DNA from: a virus
Strand: one strand, 5' to 3'
Virus record (IMG/VR): IMGVR_UViG_3300042905_004067
Length of the DNA stretch: 64,000 bases
Both the position numbers and the translations under genes were made by a program. Shown here piece after piece: positions 49,638-57,812 of the stretch (positions are counted from its first letter, which is position 1; every line of letters starts with the position of its first letter). Below the pieces are notes generated by a model. That model was not told the DNA's origin. It did not search any database and saw only the letters and a list, made by a program, of their open reading frames with translations.

Positions 49638-51104
49638 ATGAAGCCTACAAAAAAAGAACAAATTAAAAAAATTATAAGAAAACAAGCGAATAAAATTAAC
49701 ATACCTTTCTTTAATTTTGACAACGCAAAGAAAACTGTTGATATTTCTCCATCCACTACTCTAAAAATTCTTCCAGATTTAATTGAAAAAGAAAAAAATG
49801 AGGAAACTAATGAAAAGTTTTCTCATTTTTTAATAAAACCCACTCCTGTTTTACCAAAAACAGCAAAACTAAGTTCAATTACACAACCAATTTTGTTTAA
49901 TTCCGTAAAAAATGAACAAAAATTGACAGCAAACTATAATAAAAATACACTGCAACCAAAATTATTAGTTAATAGTGCAGTTAACTCTGCAATTAAACCA
50001 AAATTATTAGTTAATAGTGGAGTTAACTCTGCAATTAAACCAAAATTAAAAGAAAATAATACTAAAAATTCATTAATTTCATCAATATTAGTAAATAAAC
50101 AGACAACTTCTCTTCCATCTATAGAGGCAAAACTAGAACCAAATGCAACGAGTGCTGGTGGGTTTGAGCAAGCAAAATTAATAACAATTAAAAAACCGAA
50201 TGCCACCAAAAAAGAATTAGTTTTAGTGGGGGAACGGGGAAAAGAAACTATTAATCAAATAGACAATTCCATAGTTCCTGTAGATTTAATAAAACACATA
50301 AAAACAAAAACTAATCTTATCACAACCACAGATACTAAACCAAAAACAGAACTAAAAAAAGAAATAAAACCAATTCAAATAAAAGCAAAAGATGATCTTG
50401 GAACCATAACAAATGTTTTAGTAGCAAAACATGACGCCAAATCTATTCTTTCTATGGTAAAAAATCAATCAATTGCAAACAGAATTGAACGTAAATCTGA
50501 CGGTGGATTTGAACTTCAAGCATCCGCACATTTCTTAGGAATGTTATCAAAAATAGGAAAAGCAACTAGTGCAATTAGTAAATCTGGCTTAGGATCAACC
50601 GCAAAAAATATGGCAAAAAATGCTGCTGGAAATATTAAATCTGGAGCTACATCTATAGCATCTAAATCTTCTGGATTGGCTGGTGTTGGTAGCCAGCCAG
50701 GTACTTCTGCGACAGTTGCTGTCCCATCTACTGCATCTGAACCACTCCCGGTTGCGGATCAGCCTCAAGCAGAAGAAGGAGGTTCTGGTGGATCGGCCGG
50801 CGGTGGAATTGCGTCTGCTGTGGGGGGGATAATGGGTGGTGCAGGAGCAGCATTAGGTGGTATCGCTTCTGGTTTAGGTGCAGGATTAGGTGCAATGAGT
50901 GCATTGAATCCTGCTTCAATGATTGGAAAGGGAATAAAAGGATTATTAGGTGGTAGCGATGAACAAAAACCGGTTCTTCCAATTGTTCAAAGTAATTCGG
51001 CAAATCCAACAACAGTTACCACAATATTACATCAATATGATATCTACAGAAAAACAGCAGATGATTCATTTATGCTGCCAAATTATAGAAGAGAATATGG
51101 TTAA
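49638..51104 (+). CDS. Tape-measure-like / low-complexity tail protein
   Basis: Follows gp26/51; LVGERGKE resembles the VGExGPE motif of tape-measure proteins; Gly/Ala-rich segment. Confidence 0.45.
   Translation: MKPTKKEQIKKIIRKQANKINIPFFNFDNAKKTVDISPSTTLKILPDLIEKEKNEETNEKFSHFLIKPTPVLPKTAKLSSITQPILFNSVKNEQKLTANYNKNTLQPKLLVNSAVNSAIKPKLLVNSGVNSAIKPKLKENNTKNSLISSILVNKQTTSLPSIEAKLEPNATSAGGFEQAKLITIKKPNATKKELVLVGERGKETINQIDNSIVPVDLIKHIKTKTNLITTTDTKPKTELKKEIKPIQIKAKDDLGTITNVLVAKHDAKSILSMVKNQSIANRIERKSDGGFELQASAHFLGMLSKIGKATSAISKSGLGSTAKNMAKNAAGNIKSGATSIASKSSGLAGVGSQPGTSATVAVPSTASEPLPVADQPQAEEGGSGGSAGGGIASAVGGIMGGAGAALGGIASGLGAGLGAMSALNPASMIGKGIKGLLGGSDEQKPVLPIVQSNSANPTTVTTILHQYDIYRKTADDSFMLPNYRREYG
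49954..50048 (+). repeat. 42-bp in-frame tandem repeat (2 copies plus partial)
   Basis: aaccaaaattattagttaatagtg(c/g)agttaactctgcaatta x2, then aaccaaaatta. Confidence 0.9.
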
Positions 51105-51137
51105 AAAGAAAAACCCCCGATTTCTCGGGGGAATTTC
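51103..51137. terminator. Terminator between convergent genes (U-tail on minus strand, after gp32)
   Basis: CCCCCGA-TTTC-TCGGGGG with an A-run on its left. Confidence 0.8.
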
Positions 51138-52049
51138 TTATTGTTCAGCCAACTTTTGGAAGTAAGACAGAGAATCCATCTCCTCTTCCGGCTCATCTGT
51201 TGGAGCCGGTTCTTTCTTCTTTGGAGCAGGCTTGCTGCGACTGGGAGCATCAAAAGGTGTTTCGGTTTCGTCTTCGGCTCTTGACTGATTTTCCATTGTG
51301 TTAGAACGAATGTCATCACCAAGAGTTTCATACAACTTAGTCTTGAGAGCAGCATACTCCTTGAAATTCTTTGCTGAAACAAACTCTTGGAGAGAGTATT
51401 GCTTATTCCAAAGAGTCTCTAGTTTAGCATCATCGCCACCGAAGAGTGGAGATGCAGGAGCAAATTCAGACTTGTCATAGTTTGTATAACCAGCAACTTT
51501 TCGAATCTTCAACTTAAAGTCTGCTCCAGACCAAAAATTAAAGGGATCAATTGCGGCTTCATCTTTAAATTCAGGATACATTGCTTCCTTGAGTTTATCA
51601 AAGATCTTTACGCCATACTTGAATAGGAAAACTTTTCCCTCATTTTGAGGATTTGCTTCATCCTTAATAACAAGAATATTTGAGATATAAGTCAATTTAC
51701 GCTTTCTATCTCGCGCAATATTCTTATCATCTTCAATTCCGCTATTCCATAGTTCGTTATTCAATTCACACACAGGGCATTTGCCACCATTAGTAGTAAG
51801 GCAGTTTTCAATAAACCAACCATTCTTTCCCTGAAATGCATGTGAATATACTTTTACAAATGGTAGTTCTTCGTCCTTTGGTGATGGTAGAAATCGAAGA
51901 ACTGCATATCCGTTTCCAGACTTGTCTGGCTCAGGACGCCAAAAACGGTCATCCTTATAATCCTTCTTACCTTCTAGAGTTTCTAGTGCCTTAGTAAGAT
52001 CGCTAATACTTGTTTTTGACTTCTTCTTAAAATCGTTAAATGATGACAT
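51138..52049 (-). CDS. gp32: Single-stranded DNA-binding protein gp32
   Basis: DDRFW.P..DKSGNGYAV.RFLP, W.IENC.TT, CPVCE, NEGKVFLFKYG.KI, LSYFQKLA; start MSSF at 52049 after AAGGA. Confidence 0.96.
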   Translation of the reverse strand: MSSFNDFKKKSKTSISDLTKALETLEGKKDYKDDRFWRPEPDKSGNGYAVLRFLPSPKDEELPFVKVYSHAFQGKNGWFIENCLTTNGGKCPVCELNNELWNSGIEDDKNIARDRKRKLTYISNILVIKDEANPQNEGKVFLFKYGVKIFDKLKEAMYPEFKDEAAIDPFNFWSGADFKLKIRKVAGYTNYDKSEFAPASPLFGGDDAKLETLWNKQYSLQEFVSAKNFKEYAALKTKLYETLGDDIRSNTMENQSRAEDETETPFDAPSRSKPAPKKKEPAPTDEPEEEMDSLSYFQKLAEQ

Positions 52050-52136
52050 TTTTTTTCCTTTATGGGATCTACCCATTGCTAATGTTTAAGACGGGAACTA
52101 CCCGCCACGAACATATGTAATTATAACAAATAAAGT

Positions 52137-52364
52137 TTAGATTGGAAGTTTATTTTTTATTTTTGGGAGAAGATTTATTTGCCGTCCCTCTTCTTGAATC
52201 TTCTCTACGATTGGTTTGGTGAGAAATTTGGCTGCAACTTCAGGTTCAATATTCATATCTTCCGTAACTGCAACTATGGCTTCGAGATATGTTACATTCC
52301 ATCGTTTTACATGATTTTCTATTTTTTTACAAAACTGTTGTTGTTTTTCGGTATCAAATATCAT
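52137..52364 (-). CDS. gp33: Late transcription coactivator gp33
   Basis: F...IE..V......YLEAI.......IEPE..AK.L...I.EKI..E...NLLP..KLPI. Confidence 0.8.
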   Translation of the reverse strand: MIFDTEKQQQFCKKIENHVKRWNVTYLEAIVAVTEDMNIEPEVAAKFLTKPIVEKIQEEGRQINLLPKIKNKLPI

Positions 52365-52417
52365 TTATATTCCTGTTTTCATAGTTATACATACTTTTAT
52401 CAATACGGAGAATACGG

Positions 52418-53677
52418 ATGGCAGACACAGACAAAGATCTGACAATTGACGTTTCTGGTAACACCGCAAGTATAGCAACTGACTATCTATATGTCAATGG
52501 GCTAAGCGGTGACGCAGCACACGTTCAAATCATGAAAATGATGTGGGGAACCAGCGGCGAAGCATTTAGAGTTTCCCAATCAACACCACTTCCAGTTAAT
52601 ATTTATTCGACCAACCCGAGCACTGTTTTGGGTATTTCTGGTTCTGTTTCTGGAACTGTAACAGTCACAAACACAGGAACTGGATCTAGTTTTGTTTATG
52701 TACGAGGGAGCACTGGGTATCAACTTCCAGTAACTGGTAATATTCAAGGTGTTACAAATGGCGTTCCTGTTGCCATCACGGGAAGTGTCAGCCTTCGTCA
52801 ACCAGTAATCGTTGGAGGTGCTGGATCAACCGGAATAACCATACAACCAATTACAGTTACTGGTGGTAGATATCTTTCATCATCAAACGATAGTGTAAGT
52901 GTTACTGGTTCTGTAACAATCAGTGGTGGTAGATATCTTAATTCAGTAACCGACACTGTTTCTGTGTTGGGTTCTGACCTTGGAAGTAAAGTACTAACCA
53001 GATTGTATGACTCATCTGGTGCAACATTAAATTCAACATCAAATGCATTAAATGTTTATTTGACAAATTCAGGATTTACTGCCACAATAAATGTTGGAGC
53101 AAGTACTGGTGTATTTAATCATAACAATTTACCGCTTGTTGTTGCTGGATCTACTTCAGGTGCTGCTATCGTAGTAAAAGGAGAAAATGGAGATGCGATT
53201 GAAGTTACCGCAACAACTCCACTTGATGTTAATGTAACTAACGATCTAAGTATTGATGACACTGAAATAGTAAATGCAATAACTCTTGAAACAACTCCGT
53301 TAATTTCTAAACTTTCTGATATTAAAACGAATACTGCTGTTTTGTCATCTATAAAAACAGACATAACTGGCGGAAATATCAGAGCAAAGGTATCAGAGAT
53401 TATAAGACCATCAAAAGTAACAAGCGCAACTAAAACAATTGCTGCAACAGCCACTCAATTGAATTCAAACTTTCCATTGCTTGTGGGTGTCACAGTAAAG
53501 GCAAATAGCACAAATACTGCGCTCGTTTACATTGGTGGTCCACAACTACTTACAAATCCAAGAGATGGTTATCCACTAGAGGCGGGAGAGAGCATTTATA
53601 TAGAATGTAATAATTTGAGTGCTCTATATGCAAGATCGGCAGAAGGTTCTCAACTAATAAGTTATATTGGTTCGTAA
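52418..53677 (+). CDS. Hypothetical Gly/Thr-rich structural protein
   Basis: GGAG SD; repeats VTG/GGRYL; C-terminal KA...N...VYIG...GYPL.AGES beta domain. Confidence 0.6.
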   Translation: MADTDKDLTIDVSGNTASIATDYLYVNGLSGDAAHVQIMKMMWGTSGEAFRVSQSTPLPVNIYSTNPSTVLGISGSVSGTVTVTNTGTGSSFVYVRGSTGYQLPVTGNIQGVTNGVPVAITGSVSLRQPVIVGGAGSTGITIQPITVTGGRYLSSSNDSVSVTGSVTISGGRYLNSVTDTVSVLGSDLGSKVLTRLYDSSGATLNSTSNALNVYLTNSGFTATINVGASTGVFNHNNLPLVVAGSTSGAAIVVKGENGDAIEVTATTPLDVNVTNDLSIDDTEIVNAITLETTPLISKLSDIKTNTAVLSSIKTDITGGNIRAKVSEIIRPSKVTSATKTIAATATQLNSNFPLLVGVTVKANSTNTALVYIGGPQLLTNPRDGYPLEAGESIYIECNNLSALYARSAEGSQLISYIGS

Positions 53678-53680
53678 TGC

Positions 53681-55138
53681 ATGTCAGGAACTAGAAGAAA
53701 TACTAAAAGAGTATACACTCAAAAAGATACAAGATCATTTTATCTTGTAGCAAACGATGTGTTTTATGGTTTGATTTTTTCTTCTACTCAAGAATTCTAT
53801 TTTAAGAAAAATAGAAATTTATTGAGCATTCCGTCTTTGCTTTTTTATGATAATCAAAATAAAGTAATAATAGATTACAGTAATTCTAAAAACGAAGATG
53901 ATTTATCTTATGTTAGTTCGTTTTTTAATTCACTAACTCCTGGCATAACATTCACAATACAAGATGCTTTGTATGTTGATGATAAGTCACAGATTCAGGC
54001 AAATTTAAGTGGTACTTTTTCGTTTACCTCATTCGATCAAGGAAAAATAATAAGAGCCGAAGTTGTTTCTACCTCAAGACTGATAGAAAGTAACGATTCA
54101 TATTTTTCTAAATTTTTTACACAAGTTCCTCAATTATTTAAGAGTTCTTCAACACTATCTTCTAAACAACAAAAACAAAGCATAATCAAAAATTCACTGT
54201 CAAATGGAATATATTCTTTTAAACGAATGGGGATACAAGTTGGCGACTATGTTGAATTTGGTGGAACTACATCTAATGACAATAAAAAATTAAAAGTTAT
54301 TGATTTATTTACTGATGCGGATGGTTTTGAAAATATATTAGCTGATGAAGAAATAATAAGTGAAGATTTAATAGGACAACCTGTTCTTTTAAATTTATTT
54401 TATACAGGGGATAAACAATCAAATCCAAATCTGAATGATAAAACATATGGGGTTTGCATGTCTAATGCAACATGTACTCAGGCTCAAAATGAATTTTTGT
54501 GCAAAGAAATAATAGAAAAAAATCAACAAACATTTCTATATTATTCACCAAATCAAGAATGTCAAGATGAATTAGAAGAAAGAAATAGATTTATGCAACA
54601 ACTTGATGGAGTAGAACAAGGAAATAGAATTACACAACCTAGTGTTTTAGAACAAAGAAATAGACTTATACAAGAAATTAGTAGAATAGAACAAAGAAAT
54701 AGAATTACACAACCTACTGAAAATACTTCTAGTTCTTTATTTACAAATAACAATTTATCGGGTTCGGAGGCGTCGGTTTTACGCTCAATTCAACCTATTG
54801 TTAGAAATTATTCTGTAAGACCAAAAATATTTGGTAAATCAATATCGCTCAAAATATCTAAAAATTCTTTTGTGATTGATGAAAAAGAAACAAAAGAAAT
54901 AACAGTAAACAAAAACACAAATTTAAAGTTTATTTTAGATAATCCAAGTTTAAAATCTTACAGTTTTAAGTTTTCGAATTCAGAAAATACTCTACAAGAA
55001 ATTACAGAAAACGTGTTAGTATTAGGTACGCCCGGATCTTCAAATTCATATTCTTCGATATACACGGGAAGTACAGACAAAATAATTTATTTTGTTTCTA
55101 ATAATTTGAAAACAAAACTAAAAATAATAGTAAAATAA
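53681..55138 (+). CDS. Hypothetical protein
   Basis: 485-aa ORF with four E.(R/G)NR..Q peptide repeats. Confidence 0.6.
   Translation: MSGTRRNTKRVYTQKDTRSFYLVANDVFYGLIFSSTQEFYFKKNRNLLSIPSLLFYDNQNKVIIDYSNSKNEDDLSYVSSFFNSLTPGITFTIQDALYVDDKSQIQANLSGTFSFTSFDQGKIIRAEVVSTSRLIESNDSYFSKFFTQVPQLFKSSSTLSSKQQKQSIIKNSLSNGIYSFKRMGIQVGDYVEFGGTTSNDNKKLKVIDLFTDADGFENILADEEIISEDLIGQPVLLNLFYTGDKQSNPNLNDKTYGVCMSNATCTQAQNEFLCKEIIEKNQQTFLYYSPNQECQDELEERNRFMQQLDGVEQGNRITQPSVLEQRNRLIQEISRIEQRNRITQPTENTSSSLFTNNNLSGSEASVLRSIQPIVRNYSVRPKIFGKSISLKISKNSFVIDEKETKEITVNKNTNLKFILDNPSLKSYSFKFSNSENTLQEITENVLVLGTPGSSNSYSSIYTGSTDKIIYFVSNNLKTKLKIIVK
54575..54720 (+). repeat. Degenerate internal repeats (gaacaa.gaaatagaattacacaaccta)
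   Basis: Encode EERNRFMQ, EQGNRITQP, EQRNRLIQ, EQRNRITQP. Confidence 0.7.
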
Positions 55139-55156
55139 AAACCCGCATTTAGCGGG
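55132..55156 (-). terminator. Terminator after the DksA/TraR gene
   Basis: CCCGC-TAAAT-GCGGG followed by TTTTTATTTT on the minus strand. Confidence 0.65.
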
Positions 55157-55358
55157 CTCTATTAGAAACTCGTTGTGCTCGTCGCAGATTTTCTTTATCT
55201 GCTGAATTTACCATTACCAACTCTGGCGCAGTTTTATGATACCAATCCATAAACCCAACATATGGTTTTGCATCAGAACACTTTATGCACTTTGTTGTAT
55301 AAGGGAGTGCTTCTAGTCTGGCTTTTGGAATTTCACAACCACATGTTTGACAGTTCAT
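55149..55358 (-). CDS. DksA/TraR C4 zinc-finger protein
   Basis: CQTCGCEIPKARLEALP.TTKCIKC; start at 55358 (ATGA overlap, GGAG SD). Confidence 0.85.
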   Translation of the reverse strand: MNCQTCGCEIPKARLEALPYTTKCIKCSDAKPYVGFMDWYHKTAPELVMVNSADKENLRRAQRVSNRAR

Positions 55359-55546
55359 TGTTCTTTCTCCACGCATTTTACTAGTTTACGCTGTATTGCA
55401 TAAGTGCCATCAAGATGCATTTTACGTTCTGCAATCGTTTTCTTTCCTAGTGCGCGTTTAGCAACTTGAAATACTATTTGTTTGCGAAAAGCACGACCTT
55501 GTGCTTCTGCTCCCATATCAATAACATCCCATTTACGTTTAGCCAT
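55355..55546 (-). CDS. Small basic hypothetical protein
   Basis: ORF directly after a consensus promoter. Confidence 0.6.
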   Translation of the reverse strand: MAKRKWDVIDMGAEAQGRAFRKQIVFQVAKRALGKKTIAERKMHLDGTYAIQRKLVKCVEKEQ

Positions 55547-55552
55547 GTAAAT

Positions 55553-55580
55553 ATTATATCAGACGAAACAGTTATGTCAA
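55553..55580 (-). promoter_or_regulatory. sigma70-like promoter
   Basis: TTGACA-N16-TATAAT, 6 nt before ATG. Confidence 0.8.
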
Positions 55581-55588
55581 AAAATAAA

Positions 55589-55880
55589 TCCGGTTTTTCA
55601 GATGCGGGAAAACCGGGAAACCCCACTGCTTCAAGCAGCCATTGCCAGTTCGTTGGCAATTATATTTGCAACTGTTTATTTACGACACTTGTTACCCGTG
55701 TCGGGTATCTCCTTCTTTCATACTCTGCTCCAGTCGATGCCATTCAGCCCCTTAAATGCCCCGCTGCAACGAGGACTTGTTTCGCCATCCCTAAAGTTTG
55801 CAGAGGCTTTAGGTTAGGCTAATGGAGCCGAGGGGATTCGAACCCCTGTGCTGTTAGCATTTCTGTCCGAGATCAACAAT
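55589..55880 (-). ncRNA. ssrA: Circularly permuted (two-piece) tmRNA
   Basis: Acceptor piece ~55880-55823 ends AGGGG-TTCGAAT-CCCCT-CGGCTCCA. Coding piece starts GGGGCTGAATGGCATCGAC at 55751. G3:U70 pair, pk1, tag ORF ANIIANELAMAA* (55669-55631) and a further pseudoknot. Confidence 0.92.
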
Positions 55881-55886
55881 ACCAAA

Positions 55887-55967
55887 AGCGTAGTGAGGGA
55901 CCTGCACCCATGCTCAATCACCGTTTGCAACCAATGATCCTAGTAGGCATCACACACCTAGCCACGC
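55887..55967 (-). tRNA. Atypical tRNA-Cys(GCA)-like gene
   Basis: GCGTGG/CTACGC acceptor, U73, hairpin with TTGCAAA loop, GGG-TGCAGGT-CCC T-like arm; arm lengths non-canonical. Confidence 0.5.
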
Positions 55968-55982
55968 ATATACCTTATATAG

Positions 55983-56064
55983 TGCGAGCAGAGAGATTCG
56001 AACTCCCGTAGGCGAAGCCATCTGATTTACAGTCAGACCTCGTTGACCACTTGAGTATACTCGC
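55983..56064 (-). tRNA. tRNA-Tyr(GTA)
   Basis: Cloverleaf; TCTGA-CTGTAAA-TCAGA; long variable arm. Confidence 0.95.
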
Positions 56065-56067
56065 TAA

Positions 56068-56139
56068 AGCGGGAGAAGGGGATCGAACCCTCGACAGTTG
56101 GTTTGGAAAACCAATACTCTACCACTGAGTTACACCCGC
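56068..56139 (-). tRNA. tRNA-Gly(TCC)
   Basis: TTGGT-TTTCCAA-ACCAA; GAGGG-TTCGATC-CCCTT; U73. Confidence 0.93.
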
Positions 56140-56155
56140 AAGACTGTATTGTAAA

Positions 56156-56536
56156 TTAAAGTTTAGCGCGTGTCAATGATAAAAGTTTTTGAATCTGTAA
56201 ATCGCACTGGGCTTCTCTTTGAACCCCTGGCCAAAAAATATAATCTTTTACTTTATTTTTCTTTAAACTCGCTAAAAGTGGAAGAATAGTTTTTTCTATT
56301 TCCGTCATTCTGGCTTTTAGTAATTCATCATATTGACTTTTTACTGCCATTGCGCCTTCACATGTAGAATTCATTTCAAGAATCATATCCAGTTTGTCTT
56401 TAATTGCAGCAATTTCTGCTGGCTCAGCAACGTTTGGTGTTAATAAATTACCAAGTTCATTTTGATCTACGGTGCTGAAACCAAAATCTCCTTCTAGGAG
56501 CGATGGATCGATATTGTACTGAAAGGGGTCTACCAT
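56156..56536 (-). CDS. Hypothetical protein
   Basis: Likely start MVDP at 56536, 5 nt after ATAAATA; DFGFS.V and KDYI.WP motifs seen in T4-like phage proteins. Confidence 0.65.
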   Translation of the reverse strand: MVDPFQYNIDPSLLEGDFGFSTVDQNELGNLLTPNVAEPAEIAAIKDKLDMILEMNSTCEGAMAVKSQYDELLKARMTEIEKTILPLLASLKKNKVKDYIFWPGVQREAQCDLQIQKLLSLTRAKL

Positions 56537-56544
56537 GTTATTAT

Positions 56545-56811
56545 TTATTTGCAAATAACTTTAATTTTGGCAGAACCTTCCTCACTATCCAGTATTTGTA
56601 TAGAAGTCACGATTCTATCAACATTAAACTCAATAGCCTTTTCACCAACCATCACAAAAGGACCTCCTTCAAAGTCAAACATACAAATACTTCCATCATC
56701 GTTTGCACTGGCTCTAGTAAAATTAGTTTTTCCTTCCACAATATAAGTGTTCTTGGAATCCTTTATTACCTTCCTAATATCACCGTATCTAGATTTAAAT
56801 GTGTATTCCAT
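56545..56811 (-). CDS. Hypothetical protein
   Basis: SRYGD...DFEGGPF; packed ORF. Confidence 0.6.
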   Translation of the reverse strand: MEYTFKSRYGDIRKVIKDSKNTYIVEGKTNFTRASANDDGSICMFDFEGGPFVMVGEKAIEFNVDRIVTSIQILDSEEGSAKIKVICK

Positions 56812-56816
56812 AATGT

Positions 56817-57374
56817 TTATCGAACCACAAATGAATTAATTTTAAAACAATAGTTATTCATTATAATACCAGAAGCAGTTCCAACATTAATACTGCGAAC
56901 AGAACCATATTGTGGAATATAAAGAATATCATCACACATACTTAGAACGTTTTCGGGAACCCCAATTTGTTCCTGACCAAAAATCATCACATAATGAATA
57001 TTTGGATCAAATTGATATTCGTTTACGTCTTGTGCTTCAGGAACATTGTCAATTCCAAGTAATTTAACTTTTTCTTCATGGGAGGAAATAATTTCTTTAA
57101 TGTAGGAATTGAGGTTGTCAATAGTTTTAACATGACGGAAGTTGGTATAGTGATGGGTGCCAACGGTTCCCCGCCTGTCGTATTTTTTTTGTCCATAGAT
57201 CGCTACTTCTTTTGCCAAAAACGCATTAGCGTTTCGAATAACTGTGGCAATATTAAAATCATTGCCAATATTACAGCAGATAACTGTATAGTTAAAACGC
57301 TTATGGTTAAGATCTGCTCTAATAGCGTCATCGGACCAATATTTATAGTGATCAATTAGATTTCTTGTGTCCAT
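56817..57374 (-). CDS. SpoU/TrmH-family (SPOUT) RNA 2'-O-methyltransferase
   Basis: N...DFNIATVIRNANAF, IFGQEQIGV, IPQYGSVRSINVGTASGI. Confidence 0.9.
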   Translation of the reverse strand: MDTRNLIDHYKYWSDDAIRADLNHKRFNYTVICCNIGNDFNIATVIRNANAFLAKEVAIYGQKKYDRRGTVGTHHYTNFRHVKTIDNLNSYIKEIISSHEEKVKLLGIDNVPEAQDVNEYQFDPNIHYVMIFGQEQIGVPENVLSMCDDILYIPQYGSVRSINVGTASGIIMNNYCFKINSFVVR

Positions 57375-57804
57375 TTTCAACTAATTCAAAATCATGAGAA
57401 ATTCTTGACTCTTCGCACAAAGTCATAAAGTGCCAACCCTTTTTGCACAATGCACCAGGTCGACCAGTTATTTGACAAATTCCATAAGAATCGTCTTCTG
57501 CTTTGTCTATTAATGTTTGAATATTCTTAAATAGAATTTCATTGTTTGTCTGAACCGTGTAATAGAATCTTAGTCCTCCAAATTTTTCTTTTATTTGAAG
57601 AACCTCAAATACTGTATCTGAGTTTTTTTGCTTTTCTTCTGTCAAATATTGCTCAACAGTAGAACAAACTTTGTCTAGCAATCCATACCAACCATTGGGA
57701 AGTTCATTGTATGTTTGTTCAGACATGGTTTCAAAAACCAGTGGATATTTTTCAATGAGAATATCAATAGGTTCTTTAACCTCTTTAATTTCATTTTCAT
57801 TCAT
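57352..57804 (-). CDS. Conserved phage hypothetical protein
   Basis: GW..L...QIKEKFGGLRFY...C...G..G motif. Confidence 0.7.
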   Translation of the reverse strand: MNENEIKEVKEPIDILIEKYPLVFETMSEQTYNELPNGWYGLLDKVCSTVEQYLTEEKQKNSDTVFEVLQIKEKFGGLRFYYTVQTNNEILFKNIQTLIDKAEDDSYGICQITGRPGALCKKGWHFMTLCEESRISHDFELVENGHKKSN

Positions 57805-57812
57805 AATTTAAA

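Noticed and set aside
49954-50048. CRISPR-like array
   Set aside because: Adjacent in-frame coding repeats with no spacers; the same applies to 54575-54720.
2346-54753. Numerous short antisense or out-of-frame ORFs in the track
   Set aside because: They lie within well-supported genes and lack RBS or recognisable motifs.
55466-55822. Track ORFs 55466-55822, 55474-55659 and 55602-55817
   Set aside because: They overlap the tmRNA and promoter and are spurious.
55752-55822. Theta/HDV-like ribozyme or c-di-GMP-I riboswitch in the tmRNA spacer
   Set aside because: The nested HDV P1-P2-P3 order cannot be built. There is only partial resemblance to riboswitch P2, with no P1/GNRA arm.
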